Shown here one piece after another: positions 16,948-26,301 of a stretch of DNA of 37,512 bases. Within the stretch, counting starts at the first letter, position 1, and every line of letters starts with the position of its first letter. This stretch comes from a virus (lineage: Duplodnaviria > Caudoviricetes). The notes under the pieces were generated by a model. That model saw nothing but the letters and a program-made list of their open reading frames with translations. It did not search any database and was not told where the DNA came from. The DNA is taken from the IMG/VR virus record IMGVR_UViG_3300010234_000029, positions 1 through 37,512 of that record; one strand, given 5' to 3'. The position numbers were made by a program, and so were the translations under genes.

Positions 16948-17158
16948 CTTCTTTTACTTTTTGGTATGCTGCCACGCCAACTAAACCACCTATAAAGAAA
17001 CACAAACTAACGACTAACGACGAATAATCATCAGCACTACCCTTAATCCAAATAGCTATACAAGTACCAGAAAGCAAGAAACAGGTAACAAAGATTGCTA
17101 TAAACCTCTTAGAGCTCGCTTCGTCACCATTACTAATTAATTTTTGAAAGTAATTCAT
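16922..17158 (-). CDS. Holin
   Basis: SSKRF plus two TM helices and a basic tail, next to the endolysin. Confidence 0.65.
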   Translation of the reverse strand: MNYFQKLISNGDEASSKRFIAIFVTCFLLSGTCIAIWIKGSADDYSSLVVSLCFFIGGLVGVAAYQKVKEDGKKDKPD

Positions 17159-17646
17159 CCCTTTGCTATTTTAACAATATCCATAACTCTATTTGACCAA
17201 CCACCAATATATTTAGCCTGTGACTTATCTCGCCTAACTATCTGACAGTAAAAATACATTCTCTGCAAACAGTAAGCCTCTAAAGACACCTCAAAAGAAG
17301 CTATTATGGTCTGACTTCCTATAATACCATCTACCTCACACTCCGCAACCTCTTGAAGTAATTTAATTGCTCTGCTAACGCCCATGTTGATAGCTGTATC
17401 AAAAATAGCATACCTTACAGATTCGGGTAGTTCGTCTGCTCTTACCTTATCCCAATACTTAGCTTTGTAAATATCCTGTGCTGTACTCTTAGGTAGTTCT
17501 TTCATATCACCGCCATAACCATTCTCTCTAGCTACTTTCTTAGTGATACCATAATTAGTCTCACCACCCCTATCTGTTGGATCATCCACATAACCACCCT
17601 CGTGGGCTAGTACCGCATTTACACACTCTTCAAACGTTGTTTTCAT
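17155..17646 (-). CDS. Endolysin, glycoside hydrolase family 108
   Basis: HEGGYVDDP.DRGGETNYGIT, FD.AIN.G, VDGIIG, GW.NR. Confidence 0.92.
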   Translation of the reverse strand: MKTTFEECVNAVLAHEGGYVDDPTDRGGETNYGITKKVARENGYGGDMKELPKSTAQDIYKAKYWDKVRADELPESVRYAIFDTAINMGVSRAIKLLQEVAECEVDGIIGSQTIIASFEVSLEAYCLQRMYFYCQIVRRDKSQAKYIGGWSNRVMDIVKIAKG

Positions 17647-18605
17647 TATCCTTTATTATACATTAAACTTTCTAGCATACCCATATAAGTATGGTTAGAT
17701 ACCTTGTACTGTTTGTTGCAGTCGTTACACCGCATTATCTTTCGTATTATACCCATTGCTGTCACATCGTCGTGGCACTTCTCTACGTTGTCGCTAGTAC
17801 ACTCTGGGCAATGCCATTTATCGCCATTTTTCATAACAGCGAAGTTAGTATTGTGGTAAATATACGGAGAAATACATTGATAGACCTCCTCTAGCAATAT
17901 CACATCTTGCTCACAGTACGCCACCATCCTACTCAAAGCATCCTTATCCTTATGCTCTACCACCTTCACCCATAAGTCCATACCTTCATGGTCTAGCTTA
18001 CGCCCTAAGTTAAGTGCCTTACCAATATAGTCTAATTTATTAGAAGGGAAAGCAAAGTACTGTCGTGCCTTTTTAAGCGTGTCTAGTGTCCTGTACTGAG
18101 CATACATTAAGTGTCCTGTATGTATAGCCCTAGTGCGTAGCTGCTTAATATCAAACCTGTCACCGTTGTGGGCTATTATCTCGTCTGCCTCTCCTAAGAC
18201 CTTTATAAGTTGCTTTACTAGCTTAGAATCGTTCTGCTTCTTATCCCAAACCAAAGTGTGTACCTTATCTTCATACTGCCATTTATAAGAAGCGCAAATA
18301 ATCTTGGTGTGTCCTATGATATTATCTGGATTGACGTACTGCTTGCCTGGTCTCCATATCCTAGCAGTAATATAGCTAGTCTCTAAATCAAAAAACAACC
18401 GTTTTATGGGTTGTTCCTTAGCTTTTATGTTCCATCTTTTACGATTATATCTAACACTAGTGCGAATACTCTCTGCTTCTGTGTCAATAAAATAGGAGCT
18501 AAACTTGTCTTTTAGCTGTCTAGCTATATTGGCATTGTTCTTCTCCTTGTTCATGAGCATCCTCATGTACTCCTTAATCTCTTCTGGGTAGTGCTTGTGC
18601 TTCAT
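17646..18605 (-). CDS. RNase H-like (DEDD) exonuclease with C-terminal Zn ribbon
   Basis: FFDLETS, HNGDRFD, SNKLDY, YCEQDV; CPEC...CNDC. Confidence 0.85.
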   Translation of the reverse strand: MKHKHYPEEIKEYMRMLMNKEKNNANIARQLKDKFSSYFIDTEAESIRTSVRYNRKRWNIKAKEQPIKRLFFDLETSYITARIWRPGKQYVNPDNIIGHTKIICASYKWQYEDKVHTLVWDKKQNDSKLVKQLIKVLGEADEIIAHNGDRFDIKQLRTRAIHTGHLMYAQYRTLDTLKKARQYFAFPSNKLDYIGKALNLGRKLDHEGMDLWVKVVEHKDKDALSRMVAYCEQDVILLEEVYQCISPYIYHNTNFAVMKNGDKWHCPECTSDNVEKCHDDVTAMGIIRKIMRCNDCNKQYKVSNHTYMGMLESLMYNKG

Positions 18606-18901
18606 TTGAGTAGTTTTATTTCTAAGTCCTTTTGCTTTATCTCTAACTCGTGTTGCTTGTCAATAAGCCTTAATGCAAAGTCGAACTCCTTTTGCATCTC
18701 TATCTTCTCGTCCTCCTCGTTCTTATTGTATTTTGACCAGACATCATCTAACTCACCCCTATTCTGCTCTACCTTTATTAACGTCTGGTCTTGGTTGTGC
18801 TTTAGGTCAGCAATGGACGTAAAAAGGTATCCAACTGCACCCGTAATAGCTGCGATGATAAGACCCATAATAATATCTATTATTTTCGATCCGTTCATCA
18901 A
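18602..18901 (-). CDS. Membrane-anchored coiled-coil protein
   Basis: N-terminal TM helix. Confidence 0.6.
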   Translation of the reverse strand: MMNGSKIIDIIMGLIIAAITGAVGYLFTSIADLKHNQDQTLIKVEQNRGELDDVWSKYNKNEEDEKIEMQKEFDFALRLIDKQHELEIKQKDLEIKLLK

Positions 18902-19068
18902 CTCTCACTTCTTAACTCTTCTTTTATCTGGTACTTCAATAAATCTTGCTTCAATTCTCTGTTGTCGTTCTGTAGCCTTGTGTACTTACGATAGAACCAA
19001 ATGAGTACAGGAAAGCCACCAAGCTCAACGAACCCTATTATCAACTCTATCATTTCGTAAGTCTCCAT
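18898..19068 (-). CDS. 56-aa membrane protein (not in ORF track)
   Basis: METYEMIELIIGFVELGGFPVLIWFYRKY...; coupled at both ends. Confidence 0.55.
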   Translation of the reverse strand: METYEMIELIIGFVELGGFPVLIWFYRKYTRLQNDNRELKQDLLKYQIKEELRSES

Positions 19069-19250
19069 TACTTGCCCTTTTTATCCTTGTATTCCTTAAC
19101 ACCCGAAAACAGCTTCCAAGCGTTAAAAGCAATAAGAGAAAGTCCAACACATAGCTCTACAAGTTTTAAACCAGTGTCTAGGTCGAACATTAACAGCATA
19201 ACCCCTACACTGTCTACTATAGCCAACTCAATCAAATCATTTATTTTCAT
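19068..19250 (-). CDS. Small holin-like membrane protein
   Basis: 60 aa hydrophobic, basic C-terminus. Confidence 0.5.
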   Translation of the reverse strand: MKINDLIELAIVDSVGVMLLMFDLDTGLKLVELCVGLSLIAFNAWKLFSGVKEYKDKKGK

Positions 19251-19864
19251 ACCTTAACTCCGTATCCGATTACATTAAATTCGTCAATACCTGTAGACAG
19301 GTTATCACGAACTCTTAAGATTAATTTTTCTGTTGAATTTTGCTTCAATCGGACTCCCCAAGGATTGCCAAATAATTCGCCCATATCAATAGTAGTTAAT
19401 ACAGCATCAGCACCACCACCACTCAAGTCAATGATCGTAGGCGTTTGTTTAGACAGTCTGAACCACTCTAAGTTATCTTTGATACCGTCATGTATCTCAA
19501 AGTCTCCCAGCGATTGACTGAACCACTCTATCTGTACACCGTTAGTCAGAGAGGAAAGGTTACCAAACTCATTAAACGCTGCACCAGCATCAGCCAACTT
19601 TACGCTTAGAGTTTTAATGTAGATGTCGTACTCGTTATCTGCCTTGATATAAAAGTCAACATTGTTAGTGCTTCCATTGACCCTCATGTCATTATCACCA
19701 GCACTAGTACCATCATCAGTAAAATACTGACGAAACGGCAAAGAGGAGACACCCTCATCATCGGGTGGATGAGTATGCACGACAACAGACACCTCTCCCT
19801 CACCATTGATTTTAAGGAAATTATCTTTGCCGTAGCCGTCTTTTATTTTGGTGACTAGACTCAT
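19247..19864 (-). CDS. Virion-associated beta-rich protein
   Basis: DG.G....KI N-terminus; FG.LS.LTNG motif. Confidence 0.55.
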   Translation of the reverse strand: MSLVTKIKDGYGKDNFLKINGEGEVSVVVHTHPPDDEGVSSLPFRQYFTDDGTSAGDNDMRVNGSTNNVDFYIKADNEYDIYIKTLSVKLADAGAAFNEFGNLSSLTNGVQIEWFSQSLGDFEIHDGIKDNLEWFRLSKQTPTIIDLSGGGADAVLTTIDMGELFGNPWGVRLKQNSTEKLILRVRDNLSTGIDEFNVIGYGVKV

Positions 19865-20457
19865 TTATTTTTAGGGTCTTTTATGTAGCCAATAAGCGCA
19901 CAGTAAGCGTTAGCACCACCCGAAGTATTCAAGTCAATAGTAACACCAACACTAGACCCCTTTAAAAGCTCTATATTCAAGCCTGCGAATAGTCTGCCAT
20001 CATTCATGTACAAAAGACCATGATTAGTACCGCCTGTCATAGTTCCTCCGTCCTTACCTTTATACGCAAGCGTTGTTGACTTTAAGCTCTTATCGCTACC
20101 GAAGTTAGTATTAGAGTTCATAGCTACCGCAGAAGCATCGCTAATAACATCACCGCCCGTAGGATTTCTGATAATTGTAATGTAAGCTGCATCTGTAACC
20201 GTTGCCGAACGAGTACCCAAACCTACCGCAATCGCGGTAATAATAAATGGCTCGTCTTCATCATTCTTAAAATATATCATTGAGCTTGTACCAGTACCAG
20301 TATAGGCTATCGTGCCTGTGTTGATGTTGTACTCGTTACCTATATCGGCTGCTTGCTTTTGCTCGTCTTCTGTAATCGAGAAAGTATGTATCTGGTTGTT
20401 ATCATCTACCTTCGCTGACCTTCCCGATCCTGTGCCGTCTATTATTTCTTCTGCCAT
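19861..20457 (-). CDS. Virion-associated protein (paralog of 20467..21030)
   Basis: DGTG.G..AKV...NQ; NPTGG..ISDA. Confidence 0.6.
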   Translation of the reverse strand: MAEEIIDGTGSGRSAKVDDNNQIHTFSITEDEQKQAADIGNEYNINTGTIAYTGTGTSSMIYFKNDEDEPFIITAIAVGLGTRSATVTDAAYITIIRNPTGGDVISDASAVAMNSNTNFGSDKSLKSTTLAYKGKDGGTMTGGTNHGLLYMNDGRLFAGLNIELLKGSSVGVTIDLNTSGGANAYCALIGYIKDPKNK

Positions 20458-20466
20458 TTTTTCTAA

Positions 20467-21030
20467 TTATTCAAACCAACACTGAACCTCAACGCATACC
20501 GTTGTAGCTACAGATGGCTTACAAGTTAAACCTATACTCTTTCCTTTCGGAATCACTACCGCTCCGTCATATTCTTGGATACTGTGACCAGGTGACTTGT
20601 TAATAAACTGAGTCAAGTTATCACCGTCCGTTATCGTCTTACCGTCTCCACTGGCAGTATACGCCAAGCCATCAAAAGATACAGAGCTTGCCATGTTAGA
20701 GCTACGGGAATCTGCTGCACTGGCATCGCTAACGATAGTGCCAGAGGTAGGGTTTTTTATCAGCCTTAATTGTAGGCTTCCGCTACCATCTGAACAGGTT
20801 CTTATAGTTTGGATGAATAGCGTTTTACTGCTGTTATTTTTTATGTACAATAGAGCATTGAAAGAGCCTGTGGTTGTCAACGATACAAAGTCTGTTGCAA
20901 TTAGATGCGCTGTCTCTTCGTTATTTGAGATGTCAGCAACTCTATTCGTTGTCACTGCCAGCGTTTCTAGTTGGTTTTGATTGTTGACCTTCGCTCGATA
21001 CCCGAACCCAGTACCATCACTTAATTCCAT
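20467..21030 (-). CDS. Virion-associated protein (paralog of 19861..20457)
   Basis: DGTG.G..AKV...NQ; NPTSG..VSDA. Confidence 0.6.
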   Translation of the reverse strand: MELSDGTGFGYRAKVNNQNQLETLAVTTNRVADISNNEETAHLIATDFVSLTTTGSFNALLYIKNNSSKTLFIQTIRTCSDGSGSLQLRLIKNPTSGTIVSDASAADSRSSNMASSVSFDGLAYTASGDGKTITDGDNLTQFINKSPGHSIQEYDGAVVIPKGKSIGLTCKPSVATTVCVEVQCWFE

Positions 21031-21031
21031 A

Positions 21032-21373
21032 TCATTTAGGATTATATATTTTTCTTAAATATTTATTTGTTGTCTCTTGCTCCTTTAGAATCTGCGCCAA
21101 GACTCTAGTATTTTGATCAGTAGCTTTTAACCATCTCTCAGTATCATCTAGCTCTTGTGTAAAGTTAGCAATTTTATCAGCTATTTCTTCAAGCGTGTCA
21201 CCTTCAGGCAGTACAATATCAGTGTAAACATAAGTGTGTACTATCTTATCCTTGTGGCGAATCTCTAAAGTATTACCCTCTACACGAACACGAATATCAC
21301 TAAGAAGATAATACTGTATCTCAATACCGTCGTTTATCTTAATGTTCGTGCCCTCTCTAGTTATCTCAGCCAT
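21032..21373 (-). CDS. Hypothetical structural-module protein
   Basis: 113 aa, C-terminal coiled coil. Confidence 0.55.
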   Translation of the reverse strand: MAEITREGTNIKINDGIEIQYYLLSDIRVRVEGNTLEIRHKDKIVHTYVYTDIVLPEGDTLEEIADKIANFTQELDDTERWLKATDQNTRVLAQILKEQETTNKYLRKIYNPK

Positions 21374-21501
21374 TATTTCTTCTTACTAGCGTCCTTCTTA
21401 ATCTGTAGTTGCACCTCACCTATCAAGCCACTCACTTCTCTATAAGGCTTCGTTGATAGGTAGTTTAATATCTTCTCTACTGTCTGTTGTTCTAGTTCCA
21501 T
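21373..21501 (-). CDS. 42-aa conserved phage peptide (not in ORF track)
   Basis: MELEQQTVEKILNYLSTKPYREVSGLI...; TAATG coupling at both ends. Confidence 0.6.
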   Translation of the reverse strand: MELEQQTVEKILNYLSTKPYREVSGLIGEVQLQIKKDASKKK

Positions 21502-22211
21502 TATAAGTATATGTCTTTTGTTGCGTTATAGTTTCTTAGTACTTGTGCTGCTGATAATGCTATGCTGTGATATGTAGTAATGCCAATAGAGCCTGTAAAG
21601 AAAAACCCACTGCCTAAACTATTATAGTCAAGAGCACCAACTCTCATTGTGTCAAGACCAGAATAAGAGCCTAGCCATTTAGTCTTATCCGTTGAGGTTG
21701 TGAATGTCTGAGCTATAGCAACACCATTAAAATAGATAACGGGAGATGTTGCGTTTTGAGATACCGCTATATGACACCAAGTAGCATCTGAAAAGACAAT
21801 GTTATCACTAAGCAATACCCAATGCGTAGTAGGAAACTCACGAGACACAGCCCTTAACTTACCCGCTATATTAATTAAGTTTATCACAACATCCCCATTA
21901 GCATCACCGAACGCTACTATCTGTTCAGTATTCGCTGCTGTTGTTGGCTTTGCCCACGCTTCAATAGTGCCTGTTGTATCTGAGCTTATGTTGGAGAATG
22001 CTGTATCACAATCCACCTCATCATTTACACCGTCAAACGTAAACGCTGGAGAAGTGAACCCAGTACCACCAACTAAAGTGCAACTCTCACGATTGACAGA
22101 CAACTCCGTTACAGCAGTCCCGCTCTCTGGGTAACAAGCATAATTTTGAGGGTCAACTATAAACGATAAGTTGTCCTGTATGATAGCTGTATTTCCTTCT
22201 GTCGCTCCCAT
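21501..22211 (-). CDS. LamG/ConA-like lectin domain protein (receptor-binding candidate)
   Basis: YPESGT, FDGVND, TIEAW.KP, W.HIA, ALSA.QV..NYNA. Confidence 0.8.
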   Translation of the reverse strand: MGATEGNTAIIQDNLSFIVDPQNYACYPESGTAVTELSVNRESCTLVGGTGFTSPAFTFDGVNDEVDCDTAFSNISSDTTGTIEAWAKPTTAANTEQIVAFGDANGDVVINLINIAGKLRAVSREFPTTHWVLLSDNIVFSDATWCHIAVSQNATSPVIYFNGVAIAQTFTTSTDKTKWLGSYSGLDTMRVGALDYNSLGSGFFFTGSIGITTYHSIALSAAQVLRNYNATKDIYL

Positions 22212-22444
22212 TAGATAACATCTTCATGTTTCCAATTATCCTTCTTCACTTCTTCTTTTATATCTTCAAGAGTCCACTCTTTGCTGTCTATAAGGTATGG
22301 TTTTATGTGATCATCACACACATCACCCTCCCATTCTATGATGGCTAACAATCCGTCGTTTGATGGTCGTATGTTTGTTACATCGTGAACCAAACAACCG
22401 TAGTTGATATTCTCTTTATCTGATATGTTTATAATCCCGTACAT
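22211..22444 (-). CDS. Small fibre-associated/chaperone protein
   Basis: R.S.DG...IIEW motif between two lectin genes. Confidence 0.5.
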   Translation of the reverse strand: MYGIINISDKENINYGCLVHDVTNIRPSNDGLLAIIEWEGDVCDDHIKPYLIDSKEWTLEDIKEEVKKDNWKHEDVI

Positions 22445-23160
22445 TAATACCAGTCTACAGAATTATCATAGAAAGTAGTTGCAGAAGCAGCACCGTAATA
22501 AGCCTGATACAAATACAAGCAACCTATCTTACCATCTAGAAAGTTAGTGTTACCGCCACTATTCACATTCAAACACCCCCATCTAGTGTTATCCGTACCC
22601 GCTAGGTCTGTTGTACTTTTAGTCTTATCAGTACTTACACTAAACGTAATAGCCTCACTAGCACCGTCAATAAACATTATAGGGGCTACACCATCATGAA
22701 CAAAGTAAAAGTTCGTCCATGTAGCATCGGTAAATACTGCGCTGTCACTCTCGAACGTCCACTGTACTACACCAGCATCTACCAGTGTTGCACCTATCTT
22801 ACCATCTGTAGCTATGTAAATACCAAAGTACTCGTTTGCATTGGTGTCTGAGATACTGAATATGTATTCGGTACTTGCTGGCGTTGCGTCGTCAGGTGCT
22901 ACCCATCCAGCTAGAGTAAAAACAGTATAGCCCTGTGAAGTTGCATCTACACCATCTAAGTTAACATACTGCGTTGAACCGTTGAGGTCTATGTAAGGCG
23001 TTGTGAATGTTGGTGAGCCTACTAGAGTACCATCATCATTCTGAGTACCCATATCACCTAACGCTGTTCCTGACTCTGGATAGCTTTTGTAGTTTCTAAA
23101 GTCGTAACAGTGATAAAGGTCACTCGACCCCAAGTTCTTATTTCCCCAAGTTATTCCCAT
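22444..23160 (-). CDS. LamG/ConA-like lectin domain protein
   Basis: SYPESGT, LNGSTQYV, FTDATW, DGKIG; paralog of 21501..22211. Confidence 0.8.
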   Translation of the reverse strand: MGITWGNKNLGSSDLYHCYDFRNYKSYPESGTALGDMGTQNDDGTLVGSPTFTTPYIDLNGSTQYVNLDGVDATSQGYTVFTLAGWVAPDDATPASTEYIFSISDTNANEYFGIYIATDGKIGATLVDAGVVQWTFESDSAVFTDATWTNFYFVHDGVAPIMFIDGASEAITFSVSTDKTKSTTDLAGTDNTRWGCLNVNSGGNTNFLDGKIGCLYLYQAYYGAASATTFYDNSVDWY

Positions 23161-23161
23161 A

Positions 23162-24229
23162 TTATACTATGTTGACTACGTTTGAATTATTCCACAATGC
23201 TCCAGAAGGAAGACCAGCGGAAGAAGTTGGTAGGTTAGCCATCAATATATTCCCGTTATTGCCATCAATATAGAAATCACTGAACAATGGTCTGCCGATA
23301 GTCCAATGACCAGCCCTAGAGTAAGACGCTGCAATAAGACCTGACCTATCAGCTACCTCCCACCAGTTAGTACTAGGCGTATAGCCATCATAAGAAGACA
23401 ACATAATTCCCGTTGTAGTGGTGTGCTTAAATTCATCACCATCATACGTTAAGTCTGCACTATTGGTAACCTTGGACCCGTTATCATACATCAGACCGTT
23501 CGTAGTAAGGTCATCTATAATAAGGTCATCACCAGTACTTACCTGTAAGTCTGTACCGCCTGTAGTGTTGCCAGCCGCTAAAGTTTGAGCTAGTGTGCTT
23601 ACCGCTCCTACTGCACTCGCCCACGTTGAACCGTCAAACTCGTAAGTAGAATCCTGGTCAACTAGGTAGCACGCCATACCATCAACACTAGTCTGATTCT
23701 CCCACGTCAATGCACCGAACCTTACCCAGCTATTGATAGGAGCACCGTCCCACTCTGCTGCCGTTACATTGCTAGTAGCTCCCGTTGTCTCATCGTCCGT
23801 AGCGTCTGTGACATTAGGGTTGGTAATTTCTATATAATCCGAACCATCATTTACCGTAGATATTAACGCTGCCGTTACATCATTTACCGAGTTTGCAGCA
23901 CCACTACTAAAGAAATAGTCATTAGCTCCTACAGCACTAAGGTCTGGTGATCCTGAGAACGTATAACGCACCGTAGTACCGCTCTGCCAGTTGATAGCAC
24001 TTACCGTAAGGTCACCTACTGCATTGTTTATTAGATATGTTTTACCTAAAGTCTCCGCTGGTGGTGCTGCTATGCTGCTTACTAGGTCGCTTGCCTGTGG
24101 TAGTACGGGAACACCGAACCACTCTATCTTGCCCGCTGCCGTCTTAATCGGGTACGACCATACTGCTGCACCCTCCCATCCTTTAGGGAAATGCTTCTGA
24201 CCGTCTGCTGTTATATTCTCGTGTAACAT
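23162..24229 (-). CDS. Fibre/collar protein (DUF2793-like domain with insert)
   Basis: APP...G.TYLI...WDG...W...DG...Y...YEFDGSTW; TLAQTLAAGN; LPTS...L.SG.LW. Confidence 0.6.
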   Translation of the reverse strand: MLHENITADGQKHFPKGWEGAAVWSYPIKTAAGKIEWFGVPVLPQASDLVSSIAAPPAETLGKTYLINNAVGDLTVSAINWQSGTTVRYTFSGSPDLSAVGANDYFFSSGAANSVNDVTAALISTVNDGSDYIEITNPNVTDATDDETTGATSNVTAAEWDGAPINSWVRFGALTWENQTSVDGMACYLVDQDSTYEFDGSTWASAVGAVSTLAQTLAAGNTTGGTDLQVSTGDDLIIDDLTTNGLMYDNGSKVTNSADLTYDGDEFKHTTTTGIMLSSYDGYTPSTNWWEVADRSGLIAASYSRAGHWTIGRPLFSDFYIDGNNGNILMANLPTSSAGLPSGALWNNSNVVNIV

Positions 24230-24771
24230 TATCCTATGTCTTGACCTGTTTTACCACTCATTATAATACCACCTCTACGACTAACGCTGTTACCTACATT
24301 GTTGCCACTGTTGTAAAGCGGATAACTAGCAATGTTGTCAGGGTCTTCTATGTATCGAATCATCTTATCCCTTAATACATTGGCGTGCTCGTAGGCTTGG
24401 TTCTTTATCTCTCTACGCTGTGCGTCACTAGCAGCATTGGCAAACTCTGGCGTTTGTACCTGTGCACCATGACTAGACACCTCTATAGAAATGTCATTTA
24501 TCATCTCATACTTCACATAGAAAGCTAAAGCGGGGATAATATAGCTATCTAACAAAGTCTGGTTAGCCGTTGTAAGGCTGCTAGAGTTGTTCTGTGAGAC
24601 TATCTGCTCGTATAAGCTCTCTGCATCATCAGTTTCTTTCCATGCTAGTGCGGGACGTATATGCGCCTCCTGTGCTATCTCGATAAATGTATCACCGATC
24701 ATACTAGCATCGGTGTTAGCATCTACAAACGCATAGGTAATACACTGTGCTGCTGTAATTAGTTGTGCCAT
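24229..24771 (-). CDS. Head-tail adaptor protein
   Basis: IAQE.HIRP.L, LLD.YI.PAL; directly after the portal. Confidence 0.65.
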   Translation of the reverse strand: MAQLITAAQCITYAFVDANTDASMIGDTFIEIAQEAHIRPALAWKETDDAESLYEQIVSQNNSSSLTTANQTLLDSYIIPALAFYVKYEMINDISIEVSSHGAQVQTPEFANAASDAQRREIKNQAYEHANVLRDKMIRYIEDPDNIASYPLYNSGNNVGNSVSRRGGIIMSGKTGQDIG

Positions 24772-26042
24772 TATAAGTTAATTTGTCTTGATTCACCCTC
24801 GATATACGACTGTTGGTCTTCTGCATCCTCGTCAAAGTCTAGGCCAGCCTCTTTGCGTGCCTCCCATATCTTGACAAACTTATTAGCGTTTACAAGGTCT
24901 AGAAGTGATACGCTAGGAAGGTTCTTTATTTCCATCTCAGAAGTGTCTAGGTTAAGCTCTTTGTTCAGTAGCATCTTAACTATTGGCATCACCTGTGACC
25001 GTACATAGGCAATAGTAGTGTTATGAGCATACTGATACTCGTTACGCATTAATTGGTTGTTTCCTAGTTGACCAGGCTGTGCAACAGCACTCAACGACTG
25101 AAACCATTGATGAGCAGCTATCAACTCGTCTCTACTCTGACTATGCAACTGCAACCAGTTACCGTCCTCTGTAGAGGTGATAGGTGTGAAATCTGACCCT
25201 CCACCACCTAAGTCTTTTATCATCATCAGCACCTTACCCGTCTGACCTTCTCCTGTGAACTCTTCCTCGAACTCATCCTTTAAGGCTGCTGCATCTTTTT
25301 CGTTTATATCACCATCCACCATCAACACACCCGAAGCATTGAATGAATTGTCTAGTCGTGAGATATTCCATTTGTTAGTCTTGTAGGCAATACCAGCAGA
25401 ATCTAGGGCTGGCATCCAATCTGCTAAACCATAATATACAAACTCTGGCTCGTAACTCTTGAAGTGGATCACAGAACGCAAAGCACCGTCCACCTCTTCA
25501 AACTCTGGGTAGATAGGTAGCACATAGTCATCCTCGTCGTTCTTTTTTCTGTTAGCCCAGTCAGGGTTAAAGATAATGTCTTTACCGCCTTTCGCTACAC
25601 GTCCCGTAGTCCAATCTTTATGGTACAGGTTCATAAACGAACGTGAACTGTCTGTAGCTATCTCTAGATAAGCATTACCGCCAGCATTGTAGTCGAAGAA
25701 TACTCTATCTAAAATAGCTTTTAAAGACTCTCCTCTATCGTTAACAGAAGAGATATATTCTAGTAAAGGAGCGTTCTCTTCTCCTACGTTTAACTCACCA
25801 CCAGAAACATAGAGGTTCTTGAAGTTTAGTATTGCTCTGTGTGTAGCTGCTCGCCTAGTAATCAAGGCTGCTGCTTGTGGGAAAAGGTTATCACTACCAA
25901 ACTTGATGTAGTCGATGTTTCTATCCTTTCTCTTGTCTTTATTCTCTGTCGGCAGTTCTGTGGCAGTGGTCTTATTTACAACCCCCACTTTGATAACTTG
26001 CTGTCTCTTGCTAAACTGACCTTTCTTGTTTCGTGGTTGCAT
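24771..26042 (-). CDS. Portal protein
   Basis: FG.DNLFP, H.AI, YYG..DW, NSF, FTG....GK motifs; 423 aa. Confidence 0.85.
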   Translation of the reverse strand: MQPRNKKGQFSKRQQVIKVGVVNKTTATELPTENKDKRKDRNIDYIKFGSDNLFPQAAALITRRAATHRAILNFKNLYVSGGELNVGEENAPLLEYISSVNDRGESLKAILDRVFFDYNAGGNAYLEIATDSSRSFMNLYHKDWTTGRVAKGGKDIIFNPDWANRKKNDEDDYVLPIYPEFEEVDGALRSVIHFKSYEPEFVYYGLADWMPALDSAGIAYKTNKWNISRLDNSFNASGVLMVDGDINEKDAAALKDEFEEEFTGEGQTGKVLMMIKDLGGGGSDFTPITSTEDGNWLQLHSQSRDELIAAHQWFQSLSAVAQPGQLGNNQLMRNEYQYAHNTTIAYVRSQVMPIVKMLLNKELNLDTSEMEIKNLPSVSLLDLVNANKFVKIWEARKEAGLDFDEDAEDQQSYIEGESRQINL

Positions 26043-26057
26043 AATTGCGAAGTTAAT

Positions 26058-26092
26058 AAAAAAGGGAAGAAGTACGAAACTCCCTCCCCTTT
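26058..26092 (-). terminator. Intrinsic terminator
   Basis: AAGGGGAGGGAGT-TTCGT-ACTTCTTCCCTT-TTTT. Confidence 0.6.
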
Positions 26093-26117
26093 AAAACAAT
26101 GGAACAATCCAAAGAAG

Positions 26118-26297
26118 CTAGTTCTTCACGATACCTTTTATGCCTAACTCAAATAATTTTTTCAAGTCAGTTTGAGAGGTCTTGTCGGAAATCGTGATTA
26201 CTTTATGCGCTCCGATATTACACCCTTCCAACCACGACTCGTAGCCGTATGCCTTTAGTGGTGCAGCCTCTTCTGCGCTATCCTTTTTCTTAGCCAT
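26118..26297 (-). CDS. 59-aa hypothetical protein (likely start 26297)
   Basis: MAKKKDSAEE...SQTDLKKLFELG. Confidence 0.55.
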   Translation of the reverse strand: MAKKKDSAEEAAPLKAYGYESWLEGCNIGAHKVITISDKTSQTDLKKLFELGIKGIVKN

Positions 26298-26301
26298 AAT
26301 A

